A program made the position numbers and the translations under genes. From the human T2T-CHM13v2.0 reference genome, Homo sapiens, in assembly GCF_009914755.1 (NCBI RefSeq), contig NC_060925.1: a DNA stretch of 64,000 bases; one strand, given 5' to 3'. Under the pieces are notes generated by a model. It saw only the letters and a program-made list of their open reading frames with translations, ran no database searches and was not told the DNA's origin. Shown here in pieces: positions 14,615-28,320 of this stretch (its first letter is position 1; every line of letters starts with the position of its first letter).

Positions 14615-14860
14615 AATAATAGTTACCATTTCTTGAGAACCTACTGTGTGCAAGGCACAGTGCCAAATACTTTGGGGGAGCCAGTGATTTTATGTGCAAT
14701 GTTTTTAAAAGTCCCTGGAGTTAAAAAATTCCTAGGAGGTAAATATTATCCACCCCTTCCACAGATGACGGAAGTGAGGCTCACTAAGGATAAGTAACCT
14801 GCCAAGTTGCACAGCTAGAAAGTAGAGAGCTGAAACAGGAACTCAAAGCCTGGGCTCCGA
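14615..14860 (-). mobile_element. MIR
   Basis: cctactgtgtgcaaggcacagtg...cacagatgacggaagtgaggctc...aagtaacctgccaag. Confidence 0.75.
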
Positions 14861-16088
14861 ACAAGCACGCCCTGCAGACTTCCCTTCCCTGTGATGCCCC
14901 ATGCTCAGTTTTCTGTTTTCTTTATAGTGGAAAAGTCAATGCCCTTCCTATGAGAAATAAAAGGGTTTAAAGTGGTCAAAAGGAAACAGTGTTTCCTCTG
15001 TGCTCACGGGGTTTTGGCCAATCACAGAGGGTGAACCAAAAACAATATTATGCGAGATGTGGCCAGTTTGGGTTGATTCCAGCTTTGGATGCTGTGAGCT
15101 GGATCCCAGGAGCACACGAGGAAAAACGATAATAGCATACTTGAGATCCAAGCCCATGTTGGGGTGAGGATAGAGGTTTTGCTTTCCTCAAACTATTGCA
15201 TTTTTCTTTTCCTCCCTAAGGGTCCGGGCAGGATGCTTCCTACCCCAGGGGGCCACTTCCAAATGCTGCTCTGTCACTTGGTGGAAAACTTCAAATTTAC
15301 TGAGGGTTTACTGTGGAAGACTTAGTCAAGAGGGCAAGTACCCTATATCTCCAGATTGCTTTGCACATGTTGGCATTCAATTAATATTTTATTTGTCAAT
15401 GGATTTAATAGCTGATTACAGTTTGCAATGCTCTACTCATGGATAAATCAGTTGATCTTCTCAGGCTTCTTATGCCTTTTCCCAGTGGATTTTTCATTGT
15501 CGTGGATAACCCCAGGAAAAAGAGGAGGCACAGAGGAACCTCTCTTACATGAATAGGTGGGGGGATGCAAGGGAGGACTTCTAGCTTTTCTTCTCCTGAC
15601 TTTTCTACATTCCCCAGGTTGAGTGACTCGTCTCCATCTTTTAATTTAGCATCTTGGAACTGAACAGCACCTCCCAAGCAACCCTCACCTGGGAACCAGG
15701 CAGAAACAAGTGAAAATGTGGAGGAGGTGTTTATGAATTTTTGGGCAGTCAGTGATTTCAGGGATCCAGGAAGTTATTCTACTTTCTAAACCACTTCCCC
15801 ACCTGCTGGATATGAATGTAACTCCCTCAGCTTTCAGCTTTCACATCTACTTTATATACAATTCTATACTGCCTCTCCCATTTTATATTATTTATACCTA
15901 TGTGCTGGGACTTGAGCAAAGGTTTTTTTATTTTTTATTTTTTTTTATTTTTTAAACTTTGTACAAGGGAAGCCATAAAGAATTTGGGCAACTTGTAGGG
16001 AAGAGGGAGAGTGAATTTGGTGAAACCGAAAGTCAGTAAAGGTCACATGGGAGATGCTGAGCTCTGCAGACAGATCTTTCAACGTGAA

Positions 16089-16395
16089 GCAGCAGTGAAG
16101 AACATGGCTCTGGAGTCAAACTGGCTGAGCTAAAGAGTTGACTTTGTTACCTACTAGTTACCTATTGGTAGTTACCTACTAGTTATCTACTAGTTACCTA
16201 CCTCTGTTACCTACTAGTGTGACCTTGGGCAGGTTAAGTAACTTCTTTGAACTTAGTTTACTGATACATAAATTAGTGATAATAATAATTCCTGTCTCAT
16301 AAAGTTACCGTGAAGATTAAGTGAGGCAATGTATGTGGAGTGTTAAAACAGTGCATGACGCAGAGTAAACACGTTAAAATGAGCTGTTATTAATA
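16089..16395 (+). mobile_element. MIR containing an 11-bp minisatellite
   Basis: ggctctggagtcaaact...gtgtgaccttgggcaggtta...gtgaagattaagtgag. Confidence 0.8.
16146..16217. repeat. Minisatellite (GTTACCTACTA) x ~6
   Basis: Six imperfect units directly visible. Confidence 0.9.
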
Positions 16396-17033
16396 TTTGG
16401 TTGCTGAAGGTCTGTCCTACCTGATGTGTCTATCTCTTTCAAATACATCCTCTGGGATTTAGCACTAGAAACAGTCTTGCAGAAAGTTAGAGCAGGGAGG
16501 AACCCTCAAGATCATCTAATCCAAAGTCCTCTTTTGTAAATGAGGAATCACTGGCCCAAGGTCACGGAGTAAGTCGCTGAGTAATCCCTCTGGTCTGTTG
16601 CCCAGAATGCATTCCTTCCCACAAATCTGGCCATGCTTGTCCTGGAGGGCAGATAGACTAGCCTTCCCCAGGTAACCTTGTATCTTCCCGTAAAACCGTC
16701 TGTCCTCACAAAGTGGCACAATTTCTAAGGCTCCCTCGGGCAACAAAGTAGGTTGTGTTCAGAGACCAGTGAGGTGGAGAAACTGCCCAGCCACTGAACT
16801 CCAGGCTGGACTTGGTGAGTGGCACTCAGTGGAGTCAGAGTCCTGGAGACCTGCACATCAGGGAGAGGGTCCTGAAGAGGTCTTGAAATAATTTGACATG
16901 GAAAGAGAAAATACAAATTTTCAGAGACACAGATAAGCATCATATTTTTAAGCCAAGAACTCAGTTATATTTTTGACAGTGTGGTGTCTACAGTACTAAG
17001 GCATGTTCTTACAAGAGTGACACTCACTAGCTC

Positions 17034-18580
17034 TTTTTTTTTTTTAACTTTCATTTTAGTTTCAGTGGTATCTGTGCAGGTTTGTCATATAGTAATGGGG
17101 ATTTGGTGTACAGGTAATTTTGTCACCTGGGTAATAAGCACAGTACCCAATAGGTTTTTTTTTTCTGATTCTCTCCCTCCTCCCACTGACCATCCTCAAG
17201 TAGGCCCCAGAGTCTGTTGTTCCACTCCTAGCATCCGTGTGTTTTCCTTGTTTAGCTCCTACTTGTAAGTGAGAACATGCGATATTTGGTTTTCTGTTCC
17301 TGTGTTAATTTGCTTAGGATAATGAGATCATGTTCTCTGACATGGAAAGAGAAACACACAAATTTTCAGAGACACAGATGACCATCATATTTTTAAGTCA
17401 AGAACTCAGTTATATTTTTGACAGTATGGAGCCTCCAGCTCCATCCATGTTGCTGCAAAGGACATGATCTCATTCTTTTTTATGGCTGCATAGTATTCCA
17501 TGGTGTGTATGTACTATGTTTTCTTTATTCAGTCTACCATTAATGGGCATTTAGTTTGATTCCATGTCTTTGCTATTGTGGATAGTGCTGCAATGAACAT
17601 GTGTCTTTATGGTAGAACAATTTATAGCCCTTTGGGTATATACCCAATAATAAGATTGCTGGGTCAAACGGTAATTCTCCTTTTAGTTCTTTGAGGAATC
17701 ACCACACTGCCTTCCACAATCGCTGAACTAATTTGCACTCCCACCAGCAGATTATGTGTTTTTTTTTCAACCTTGCCAACATCTGTTTTGTTTTGTTTTT
17801 TAATAATAGCTATTCTGATGAGTTTGAGATGGTATCTTATTATGGTTTTGATTTGCAGTGCTCTAATGATTAGTGATGGCAAGTATTTTTTTCGTATGCC
17901 TGTTGGCCGCATGTACGTCTTTTTTTGAAAATGTCTGTTCATGTTCTTTGCCCACTTTTTAATGGGGTTGTTTGGTTTTTCCTTGTAAATTTGTTCAAGT
18001 TCCTTATAGATTCTGGACATTAAGTCTTTGTCTGTTGTTCCCCTCCTAGTTTGCAAATATTTTCTCCCATTCTGTAGGTTATTTACTGTTAATAGTATCT
18101 TTTGCTGTGCAAAATCTTTTTAATTAGTTCTCATTGGTAAATTTCTGTTTTTGTTGCAATTGCTTTTGGTGTCTTCATCACGAAATCTTTGCCAAGTCCT
18201 ATGTCCAGAATGGTATTTCCTAGGTTATCTTCCAAAGTTTCTATGGTTTTAGGTTTTACATTTAAGTCTTTAATCCATCTTGAGTTGATTTTCGTATGTG
18301 GTATATAAGATAGGGGTCCAGTTTCAATCTTCTGCATATGGCTAGCCAGCTATCTCAATATCATTTATTGAATGGAGAGTCCTTTTCCTAGTGCTTGGTT
18401 TTGTTGATTTTGTTGAAGATCAGATGGTTGTAAGTATGCAGCATTATTTCTGGGCTCTCTATTCAATTACATTGGTCTATATGTCTGTTTCTGTATCAGC
18501 ACCATGCTGTTTTGGTTACTACAGCCCTGCAGTATACTTTGAAGTTAAGTCGAGTAACATGATACCTCCTGGTTTGTTCA
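17034..18580 (-). mobile_element. 5'-truncated primate L1 (older L1PA/L1PB-like): ORF2 C-terminal part and 3'UTR
   Basis: Poly-T start, gtgagaacatgc...ggttttctgttcc, and decayed ORF2 peptides (SRIYKELEQIYKEKPNNPIKKWAKNMNRHF; [19 protein letters not shown]). Confidence 0.95.
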
Positions 18581-18604
18581 GCTCATTTCTTTCTTGTTGA
18601 AGAC

Positions 18605-18690
18605 TTCAGTTCAATGGCCTTAGTCATCTTTGGAATGGCATTTAGGATTCAGTTCAATGACCTTAGTCATCTTTAGAATGGCATTTAGGA
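18605..18690. repeat. 43-bp tandem duplication (2 mismatches)
   Basis: ttcagttcaatggccttagtcatctttggaatggcatttagga / ttcagttcaatgaccttagtcatctttagaatggcatttagga. Confidence 0.95.
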
Positions 18691-19474
18691 AAATGGACTC
18701 CTTTACCAAAAAGGTGAAAAAGAAAATAATATAACCCAACCTTAAAGACTATTTTTTTAAGGGGAGAGGGAGAGGACTTTATTCATAATCCTATCAGCTG
18801 AACACATTCCAGTCTTCTTCTATAAAAACACAATTTTTTATAAAGTTGAAATTATGGAGCTAAGACATTTCTAAGAAGACTTAATTTCAGTTAGGGACTT
18901 GCTGATTATCTTTGGGTAAGTCAGTCTGGCTTCTTTTCTGGGAGGAGTGTTGTGTCCTTAGAGACGTGAACATCGACGTCTGCTTGTTTTTGTGAGGAAG
19001 CATGGTAGAATGAAGAGAACGCTGTCTGGAGCCAAAAGATCCAGATTGAAACCAGACTTTAAGCCTGGGCTCTGCTTCCCCTTTTGCTGGATGACCTTGA
19101 GACAGTGTCTTAACCTTCCTGGATCTGTTTTTTAGCTTTTATAAAATAGATCACTGGCATATCAGCTTGTTAACGTGCACTGTACTCAGCCTTGACACAC
19201 GGGAGAAAGGTTTTCAGGGACAGGGTGAAGATTTCATCTATATGACCTTTGACTGCAGTTTGGTTGGTTGGGTTACACAATCTACAATTGTAGATTGATT
19301 GAGAGTCTTTTGAAATATGTTTTTCTTTATGCTAGTTACCCAGGTCCTCTCCTCTCTGGTGACAGTGGTAATTTACCAGGGCATTGTGTCCTCTTTTCAT
19401 TAATTAGGCCACTCAGGCCTACCCGAATCCCAAGAGACCATTTATGGATGATGAAGGTGGTAAGATAGGGTTGT

Positions 19475-19833
19475 AGTATGTTGGACCTGCTGTCACAAAC
19501 TACCATATGCAGGGTGACTTATAATTAAGAGAAATTTATTTTTCACAATTCTGGAGGCCGGGAAATCCTAGATCAAAGTGCCAGCAGATTTGGTGTCTGG
19601 TTAGGCCTGCTTGCTGGTTCAGAGATAACTGTTTTCTTGCTGTGTTGTCACATGGCAGAAGGGGGAAGAGAACTCTCTGGGGTCCTTAGTATAAGGGTAC
19701 TAGTCTTATCCACAAGAGCTCTGTCCTCATGATCTAATCACCCCACAAAGGCTTCAACTCCAAATGCCATGACTTTGGGGGTCAGATTTAAACATAGGAA
19801 TTTTAAGGGGACACAAACATTCAGTTTATAGCA
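19475..19833 (-). mobile_element. MaLR LTR (MLT1A/MST-like)
   Basis: gaaatttatttttcacaattctggaggccgggaaatcctagatcaaagtgccagcagatttggtgtctgg...ggggacacaaacattcag. Confidence 0.85.
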
Positions 19834-20819
19834 GAGAGTGTATGTTCACAGCACAGGAAGGTTCACAGCAGAAGGGAGCCATTAATTGTGTATAGACTTT
19901 CATGTCTCTGCTCTGATTCATTGTATAATCTGCTTCATTCAAAGGAAGAAGGTAAATTTTGGGTCCCTCTTGGAACATTTAGGTGACTCCCACCAAATAC
20001 AGGATAGCTTTGAGTTATAACCTCATGAAGTCCCTGGTCATGTCTGTGTGTTTGCTTTGGACCAGACCCAAGGGCCTGTCCTGTGTCCTGCCCGGGCTCC
20101 TCCCACCTCTTTCCTGGAGAAACCCACAGTGAGAGTGGAGGGTGGGGGTCCATGTTTATCTTGGTGGGCCTCACTGGAGCTGGACACTGCTGCTCTGTTT
20201 GCCCAGGCTTAAGTATGCATCTCCTTTTTTAACTGGCCAGGGACTTTCCCCCAGTCACTTGGCCTGCCATTGATTTGGGACTTTTCTGCCTAAAACTTCT
20301 AGGATGATAAGGAGAGCACTATTACCCACTGCCTGCCCAAACCTAGTAGCAACAGCAGCTAGTCATGACCAGCATTCATGGCTGCAAGTACTGTCAGGCC
20401 AGGGGCCTGACCAGTGAACTGGAACTTTACTTCTCTCCCAAGTGGGATTAGAGTTCACTGAGTAGGTGGCCCTATTAAAATATGTATAGCCTGTGCTAAA
20501 GTTAATTCTAGGGGTGAGAATGAGGCAGCTCTGCTTGCTGGCTAGCCCAGGCTGGCAAAGAATAATGGGTGCAAGCAAGAATACCAGAGCCAGATTGGGT
20601 TCAAATTCCAATTCTATTGCTTCCTAGGTATACTGACTTAGGCAAGTACTTCTATTTCTCTGTGTCTCAGTTTCTTCACTTGTGAAATTTTCATATTTTA
20701 AGGATTTTGAAGATATCATTTTGAGGCTTAAAACAATGTATTTACTTATGTTTAACACATGTAATTACTGATGTTTAACTTTTTTGGACTTATAAAAATG
20801 ACAATGTTTAGCAGAGTGC

Positions 20820-22080
20820 TTTAAAAACATGACCCAACTATGTGCTTTCTATAAGAAGCCCCTTTGAATATAATGATATAGCCATGTTCAAAGAAAAAGG
20901 ATGAAGAAAGCTATATTATATAAACATTAATTGAATGAAAGCAGGAGTAGCTATATTAATACATGTGAAAATCCTCTACAAGATATTAGCAAATTGAATA
21001 CAACCATGTACAAAAAGAATTACACATCATATCAAATTAGATTTATTCTAAGTATGCAAGACTGGTTCAATATTTTAAAATCATGTGATTATATTAATTG
21101 ATGCAGAAAATTATTTGACAAAATTCAATATTCATTCATGACTTAAAAAAAACTCTCGGCAAGTTAGGAATAGAATAATTACCTCAATTAAAAAGTTTAC
21201 AGCTAACATCATACTTTGTGAAGAAGGACTTAATGTTTTCTCCCTAAGACAGGGATCAAGGCAAGAATATCTGCTCCTGCCACTCCTATTCAACATAGCA
21301 CTGGAAATTCTAGCCATTACAGAAAAGAAATTAAAGGCATACAGATTGGAAAGGAGGAAATAAAACTATATTTGAAGATGACATGATTGCCTACAGAAAA
21401 AAATACCAACACATTTACAAAAAACTCTCCTAGAACTAATAAATTCTCCTAGAACTAATAAGAGACCACAGGATACAGGCTCAACAAGCTCACCGGATAC
21501 AAAAATCAATTGTACGTCTACATACCTATAATGAACATGCTGACACCAGAATAAGAAATATAGTGCTAATTTTAATCACTCAAAAATAATAAGTGTAAGT
21601 ACATTTAAATATATTATATTTGTAATGTATATTATGTAAGTTTAAATATAATAAAACATACATAGGACTTGTATGTTGAAGGCTACAAAGACTGATGAAA
21701 GAAATAAAAAGATCTAAATAAACAGAGAGACATACTATGTTCATGGAAGTACTTGACATAGTAAAGACACAATATACTAAAGATGGCAATTCTCCCCAAA
21801 TCAATATATACATTTAATATAATTCCTACCCAAATCTCAGCAACGTTGTTTTTTTTAAAATAGATAGAAAGAGGATTATTCTAAAATTTTGACTAAAGGC
21901 TGAGGAACCATAATAGCTAGAACAATTTTTAAAACAAACTAAGTGGGAGGAATCAGTCTACCCTATTTGAAGACTTATTATATAGCTGTAGTAATCAAGG
22001 CTGTGTGGTATTGACAGAAGTACAGACATAGATCAAAGGAATGCAATAAAGAATTCAGAAATAGACCCACACAAATACAC
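20820..22080 (+). mobile_element. Old L1M ORF2 relic (endonuclease fragment joined to RT-region fragment)
   Basis: gacccaactatgtgctttctataagaa (EN region), then aaaatcctctacaagatattagcaaattgaat...ctcctattcaacatagcactggaaattctagcc...cagaaatagacccacac. Confidence 0.85.
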
Positions 22081-22799
22081 CTCTGTGTTGCCTTATTTTT
22101 CAGAAAAGCTCTAGACTCAGAGTCAGGAAGCCCAGGTTTAGGTCCTTGGCCTTGCACAAGTGAGTTCTTCCAGTTATAAAACTTTGATTTTCTGGGTCTA
22201 AATCACTTAAACTTTTCTATCTCAGTTTTCTTTTCTGTTTAAGGGAACATCCTTCCTTCTTCCTTCCAAGCCTCTATTTGACAAGGATGATAAAATATCT
22301 TTCTTTTTTAAGCATAAGGAATTCTACAAACCAAAAGAATTATTACATTGGTTGATGTGAATAACACATCTCAACACCATGAGGCCCTGACTCCGCAAAC
22401 CTGAAGTCAAATGCCAAGAACTTTCATGAAATTTATTAATTTATTTTTTCTTCCCAACTAACACCACTAATTCTTTATTTGGACTCCTTAAGGAGCATGA
22501 AGAATGGGACTCATTCTTGCAGAACTGTTTTTAGAGTTTGCTACTGCTCAAAGCTCAGAGTTTGGCCATGTGAACTTCTGAGAAGTCTGTGAATAAGAGA
22601 TTTTACAGCAATTTAACAGTGGTTCAAAGATAGATGCTCTGTCTCCCAGTAGAATACTTGTGCTTGTGTGGGCAGAAAATTCTTAAAATGATTCAAACCA
22701 ACCACCCAAAGAGGATTATATGTAAATTCATATTGTGTGGGTCCTGGGAGCTTTGAAAACCACATACACAGAGCACAGAAACACACAAACACACCCACC

Positions 22800-22800
<1 letters not shown>

Positions 22801-22836
<36 letters not shown>
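22801..22836. repeat. (CA)n microsatellite
   Basis: Directly visible. Confidence 0.95.
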
Positions 22837-22841
<5 letters not shown>

Positions 22842-22994
22842 TGAATAGCACCCTTAGCACCATTGCTACCTTATGTGATTCCTACCATGAAAATCTGCAC
22901 TTTAAAAAGCAGGAACATTTGAAATCTACAGATGTGGATAACACTCAAACTTGAATTGGGACACAAGAACTTTTCCCTCTCGGGCTAGTGAGAT

Positions 22995-23240
22995 AGTACG
23001 GCCTAGTGGCTACAAGGGTGAATTCTGGAGATAAATTTTCTGGGTTTAAATCACAATTTTACCTTTCATTAACTGTGATTTGGGGCATGTTTTTTAACTA
23101 TTGGGTGCCTTGGTTTGCTCTTCAGTATGATTGGAATAATTATATACAAAATATACAATATCTATCTCACAGTATTGCTGTGAGGATTTGAAGAAATCAT
23201 TTATACTAAGCTTTTATGCATGAAATATATTTAGAACAGA
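22995..23240 (+). mobile_element. MIR
   Basis: tacggcctagtggctacaagggtgaattctggag...ctgtgatttggggcatg...ttgctgtgaggattt. Confidence 0.65.
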
Positions 23241-23749
23241 GTGAAGCAGAAGTATCTGTGTTCTTTCATAGAATGTATGAATGAAATGGGACAGTGGGTG
23301 GTCACTGCCTTAAAATACTATACCATATATTTTGTCATGGTGCTATTGCAACAATACTCCTAACATTATGTATTTCTTTATTTGAGTCACTGAAATACAA
23401 ATATGTTCTGAGAAGAGTCAGCAGAGTGATTTACAAACTAGCTTTTTAGACTGGGAGGCACACTGGAGATCCAGGTTGGGGGCCTGGGTCTAATCTCAGG
23501 GCTCTACTTTTTTAACAAGGTATATAATTGTGGACAAGTCAACTGGTGTTCCTGAACCTCATTCTTACCTGCACACTGAGGAGGCTGAACTGGGTGATCT
23601 CGGAGGTCCTTTCTGGCTGTAATATCCTAAGAGACTGGATGCTCCCTAGGCAAGGAAACTGTTTTATCGACGTACATACTGTGGAAGCTTACTAATGCAA
23701 GTCTTTATTAAGTAGTTTTTCTGTAGCAGCCGCTTTTCTAAGCCCTTTG

Positions 23750-23900
23750 ACCTATTTAACCCTTGCAGCAATCCTATGAAGAAGGATTTATCATTATCCC
23801 CATTTTACAGATAAGGAAACTGAAGCAGACAGAGGCTAAGTGATTTGCCCAAAGACCATATGGCTATTAAGTGGCAGGGCTGAGATTCATAATCCAGTAA
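23750..23900 (-). mobile_element. MIR
   Basis: attatccccattttacagataaggaaactgaagcag...taagtgatttgcccaaag. Confidence 0.8.
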
Positions 23901-24060
23901 GTTGAGGTACGCACACCAGGCATTCTATTCAGCATCAGACAGTGCTAGGCAAAGAATAACCGAAGAAGAGGGACTGTGTTCTATTCACTTTGTTTTCCCC
24001 ACAGATCTGTAAGAGTGCCTGGAGCTTTTTATAGGTTCTGAATAGATATTTATCATTCTT

Positions 24061-24899
<839 letters not shown>

Positions 24900-27244
24900 T
24901 AAATTGCTTTCAGCCTTCTGGGTTGCTAAGTGTTGCAGAGTTGGCTGTGTTAAATTTCATTTTCTTTTGTTAATGTTACCCACACAAGGTGAAGGTTTTG
25001 GTTGGGGCTCAGGAGGGCTCCTGACTGGGGAGAAAGTGGGAAGATCCAGAGCAAGGAGAAGACAATGAGGCTGCCAGGCTTTGGGCTGCTCTGGCCTCTC
25101 TGCTGCCTGCCACTGTCTTCATGTCCAGCCTCGCTGTGTTTCTATAAAGGTGGAGTTGTACCTCTCTGATTTCCCCTAAAGGTGGCCTGGATGTGGTAGA
25201 AGAAAGAGGAGGCAAGGCATTACCTGCACCTGGAATACTGATGAGTGGTTTGCTCTTTCTTGTATGCCCAGTGGCCTGGTCTTAAGCCTAGGAATAAATG
25301 TAGTCACCATGGCCATAAAACGGCCCCACTGCTGGGCTTGCTTTCCCTGGCCTCTGTGAGTTCCATGCTCATTATATGGACTCCCCATAGCAACGTTGAG
25401 AGCTTGCTTATCATTTCCAGAAGTGACCATGGCAGATTAGGAATATATGTTTATTTTGAAGTGGGTTTTTTTCTTTTTAAATTTTACACATTGTTGGATG
25501 AACATAACATCAAGGGCTGCTTTCCCAACTGTCTTAGGAAAAGAGCTCTAATGTTGGAGCCAGTAGCCCTGCGTGTTCTCATCCCAGTTTTGATTATAAC
25601 TGACTATAATACTGTAATGACACTCTGACCTGTGTTCTTTTATGACTGAGATTTCCGGTGGGGATGGAGGAGGTGTCTGATGTACAGAACCAGGGGGATG
25701 CTGCCTGAGCCAGGTTGGGGACGGAGAGAAGAGGCTGAATTTCAAGACACTGACATCATCAGTACTGGCCCTAGTGCAGTTACATACCTGGTCCTGCAAC
25801 AAATAATGAGTATTTAGGGCACATATGCCAAGCATTAATGGGGTCACGAGGTGGATCGTTCTTTTGGGTGCCCTTTTATATGCCGCTGCAATCAGAGAAG
25901 CAGGACACCATGTAGGTGAGCATCTGCTGTTTTCACAGCTATTTGAAGCTGCAACCCAGTGTACTAAAAGTTTCCAGGCTGACTCAGTCCAAAGGTGACT
26001 GTTTTGGAAACTTTGAATGAGATTGGTTCGGCAACTTCAGTGTTATGTAAGTAAAAGGATGAGAGCAGTTGAAAGAGCCACTGCTCTGGACATGTTCTAA
26101 GTGGCTTCTACCAATGGGAATACGTGAGCGTGCATTAAGAATGTAGCAAGTGAGACTGACATGTCTCCAGTACAAGCACAGCACGTACAAGGACACAACT
26201 TCATGTTTGGTTCAATGTGAGACTTCTCTGTGGCTCCTTTCTCTTCATTTGCACAGATATCTGTACCACCCAGTATAAGTGGTATACTAATCGTAGCTAG
26301 CCTGTGCTGCATGCCTGCTATTTTCTGGGTAATTCCCATGTGTTTTACACAGGTTAACTCTACTTCCTCTCATGGAAACTACTTGTTGTCGAAATAATGG
26401 TTATATTTTACCAATATGGCAACTGAGGCACAGAGATGTTAAGTGTTTCAGCCCAGGTAAATAAGTGGTTCAATCAGGATTTGAACTCAAGCAGCACCTA
26501 CCTTGGAGCCTAAGCTCTTAACCACAGCACTTCACTGAACCTATAAAATACATGTTTATTGGTTTTAAGCTCTGCTAGTTGAAGAACATTTATACATGTC
26601 TCTATTAAAAATTCACTTGTGTGTGGGTTATGAATTCACCCATAAAGAAGACTGCCATGACGCACGGAGGAGGGGTGTCTGTGGAGCTTCAGGAGACGTG
26701 ATAATCCACAAACTGTCCTGGGTTGAACTTAGCTATTATTCTGCCAGGAAACTGTCTGGAGAAGGTCCAGGAAAGTACCAAGAAGTAAAGAAGTACCTGA
26801 GAGTGCTCAGCTCCCAGTGTGTCCCTTGGCACCTGCCAGTCACAGCTTGGTTGGTTCTGGCTGTGGGGCCGGCCTTCCTGAGACCCTTGTCAGGGGGCTC
26901 ATACCCTGGTGCTCTGTTTTCACTGATGATGAAGCCTCAGAGCCCTTGGTCCCCTCATGATGTTCTGCGGGAAAATTGTGCACACTTTTGTTGTGTGACT
27001 TAGGTTCTTTAACTCAGGCTGGTTGACATGGAGCTTGGTTCCAGTGATCAGTGCTGGCTTTAGATATGATTTGCGCATCTCTGCAGGCTAGTGTCACGCT
27101 GCACTGTGGATCTGGACTGTGGCTCGGGTGCCAGTTGCAACATAGTCTTCAAGGATAGCCAATGGCGAGACAACAGCACTCTGTCATGCAGCTGAAGTTA
27201 TGGAAACACATGATGTCACATGAATGTCTATTGTGTGAGGTGAT

Positions 27245-27470
27245 GGTTAATACCTGTGTTTCCAAGAAAGTGCCAGGTACTGGCTAGTCCTCACCACAAC
27301 CCTATATGTGGTAAGGGCAGTTATTAAGCTTATTTTATAACTGAAGAAGCATTAGCACCAACAGAGAAGATAACTTGCCCAAGGTCATACATGAAAACCA
27401 ATGGAGAAATTAAGGTTTCAACCTAGGCAGTTAAGGCCTAAAGTCTGTGCTCGTGACCACCAAGCTATCT
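27245..27470 (-). mobile_element. MIR
   Basis: tcctcaccacaaccctat...taacttgcccaaggtcatac. Confidence 0.7.
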
Positions 27471-27703
27471 CACCGGTCCCCTGTCAGGCTTTTTAGGGGA
27501 TAAAGTACAGAGTAAAGTAGAACTTTCCTCAAAGACTGTCTTATTGGTCTCACTTATTTTTTTTTTTTGTTAGTCTTTGGGTTTACTTTAAATTGATGGG
27601 CTGCTGGAAAAAATGTAAATTGTCATTTAAAAAGAAGGCATCAAGGTTTTGTCTTAGGTTAATTTTTCAAAGGGCTTACCAAGAACACAGAAGACAGAAT
27701 GCC

Positions 27704-27821
27704 AGCTGGGTGCCGTGGCTCACGCCTGTAATCCCAGCACTTTGGGAGGCCAAGGCAGGCAGATCACTTGAGGCCAGGAGTTTGAGACCAGCCTGGCCAA
27801 CATGGTGAAACCCCATCTCTA

Positions 27822-27854
<33 letters not shown>

Positions 27855-28011
27855 GCCAGGTGTGGTGGTGCATGCCTGTAACCCTAGCTGCTTGGGAGGC
27901 TGAGTTGGGAGGATCCCTTGAACCTGGGAGGCAGAGATTGCAGTAAGCTGAGATCATGACACTGCACTATAGCCTGGGTGACAAGGCAAGACAATGTCAA
28001 AAAAAAAAAAA
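27704..28011 (+). mobile_element. Alu (older AluJ/Sz-like) with expanded A29 linker and TSD
   Basis: TSD aagacagaatgc at 27691-27702 and 28012-28023; A29 at 27824-27852. Confidence 0.96.
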
Positions 28012-28069
28012 AAGACAGAATGCTGAGCAATTAAGAACTACTTTATTTAGTCCTGTCTTATCATTTGTG

Positions 28070-28320
28070 GCCTTTGTGTATTGAGCACGTCCTGAGAGCT
28101 GGGCACTTTCTAAATACTTTACATGTGTTTCCTCACTTTATGCTTGTAACTGCTTTCTGGAAGCAGGACTGTGATTATTCCCATTTTATGGAAGAAGGAA
28201 ATGAGGTTCACGAATATTACATAATCTGCTCATAGTCACAAAGCTAGCAGGTGGTGGGGCTGGCGTAGAAACCCAGGCAGTCTGGCTCCAGAGTCCATGT
28301 TCTTAATTAACCACTCCTCT
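28070..28320 (-). mobile_element. MIR
   Basis: attattcccattttatggaagaaggaaatgagg...acccaggcagtctggctccagagtccatgttcttaa. Confidence 0.8.

Noticed and set aside
16146-16217. Repeat arrays as CRISPR-like or other prokaryotic systems
   Set aside because: Human DNA; no unique spacers and no associated genes. These are simple tandem repeats.
17664-18337. 130-aa and 68-aa minus-strand ORFs
   Set aside because: Decayed L1 ORF2 C-terminal fragments, not genes.
25245-27003. 127-aa and 135-aa plus-strand ORFs (likewise 34764-35105 and 54536-54940)
   Set aside because: No recognisable domain, exon structure or homology; lengths are compatible with chance.
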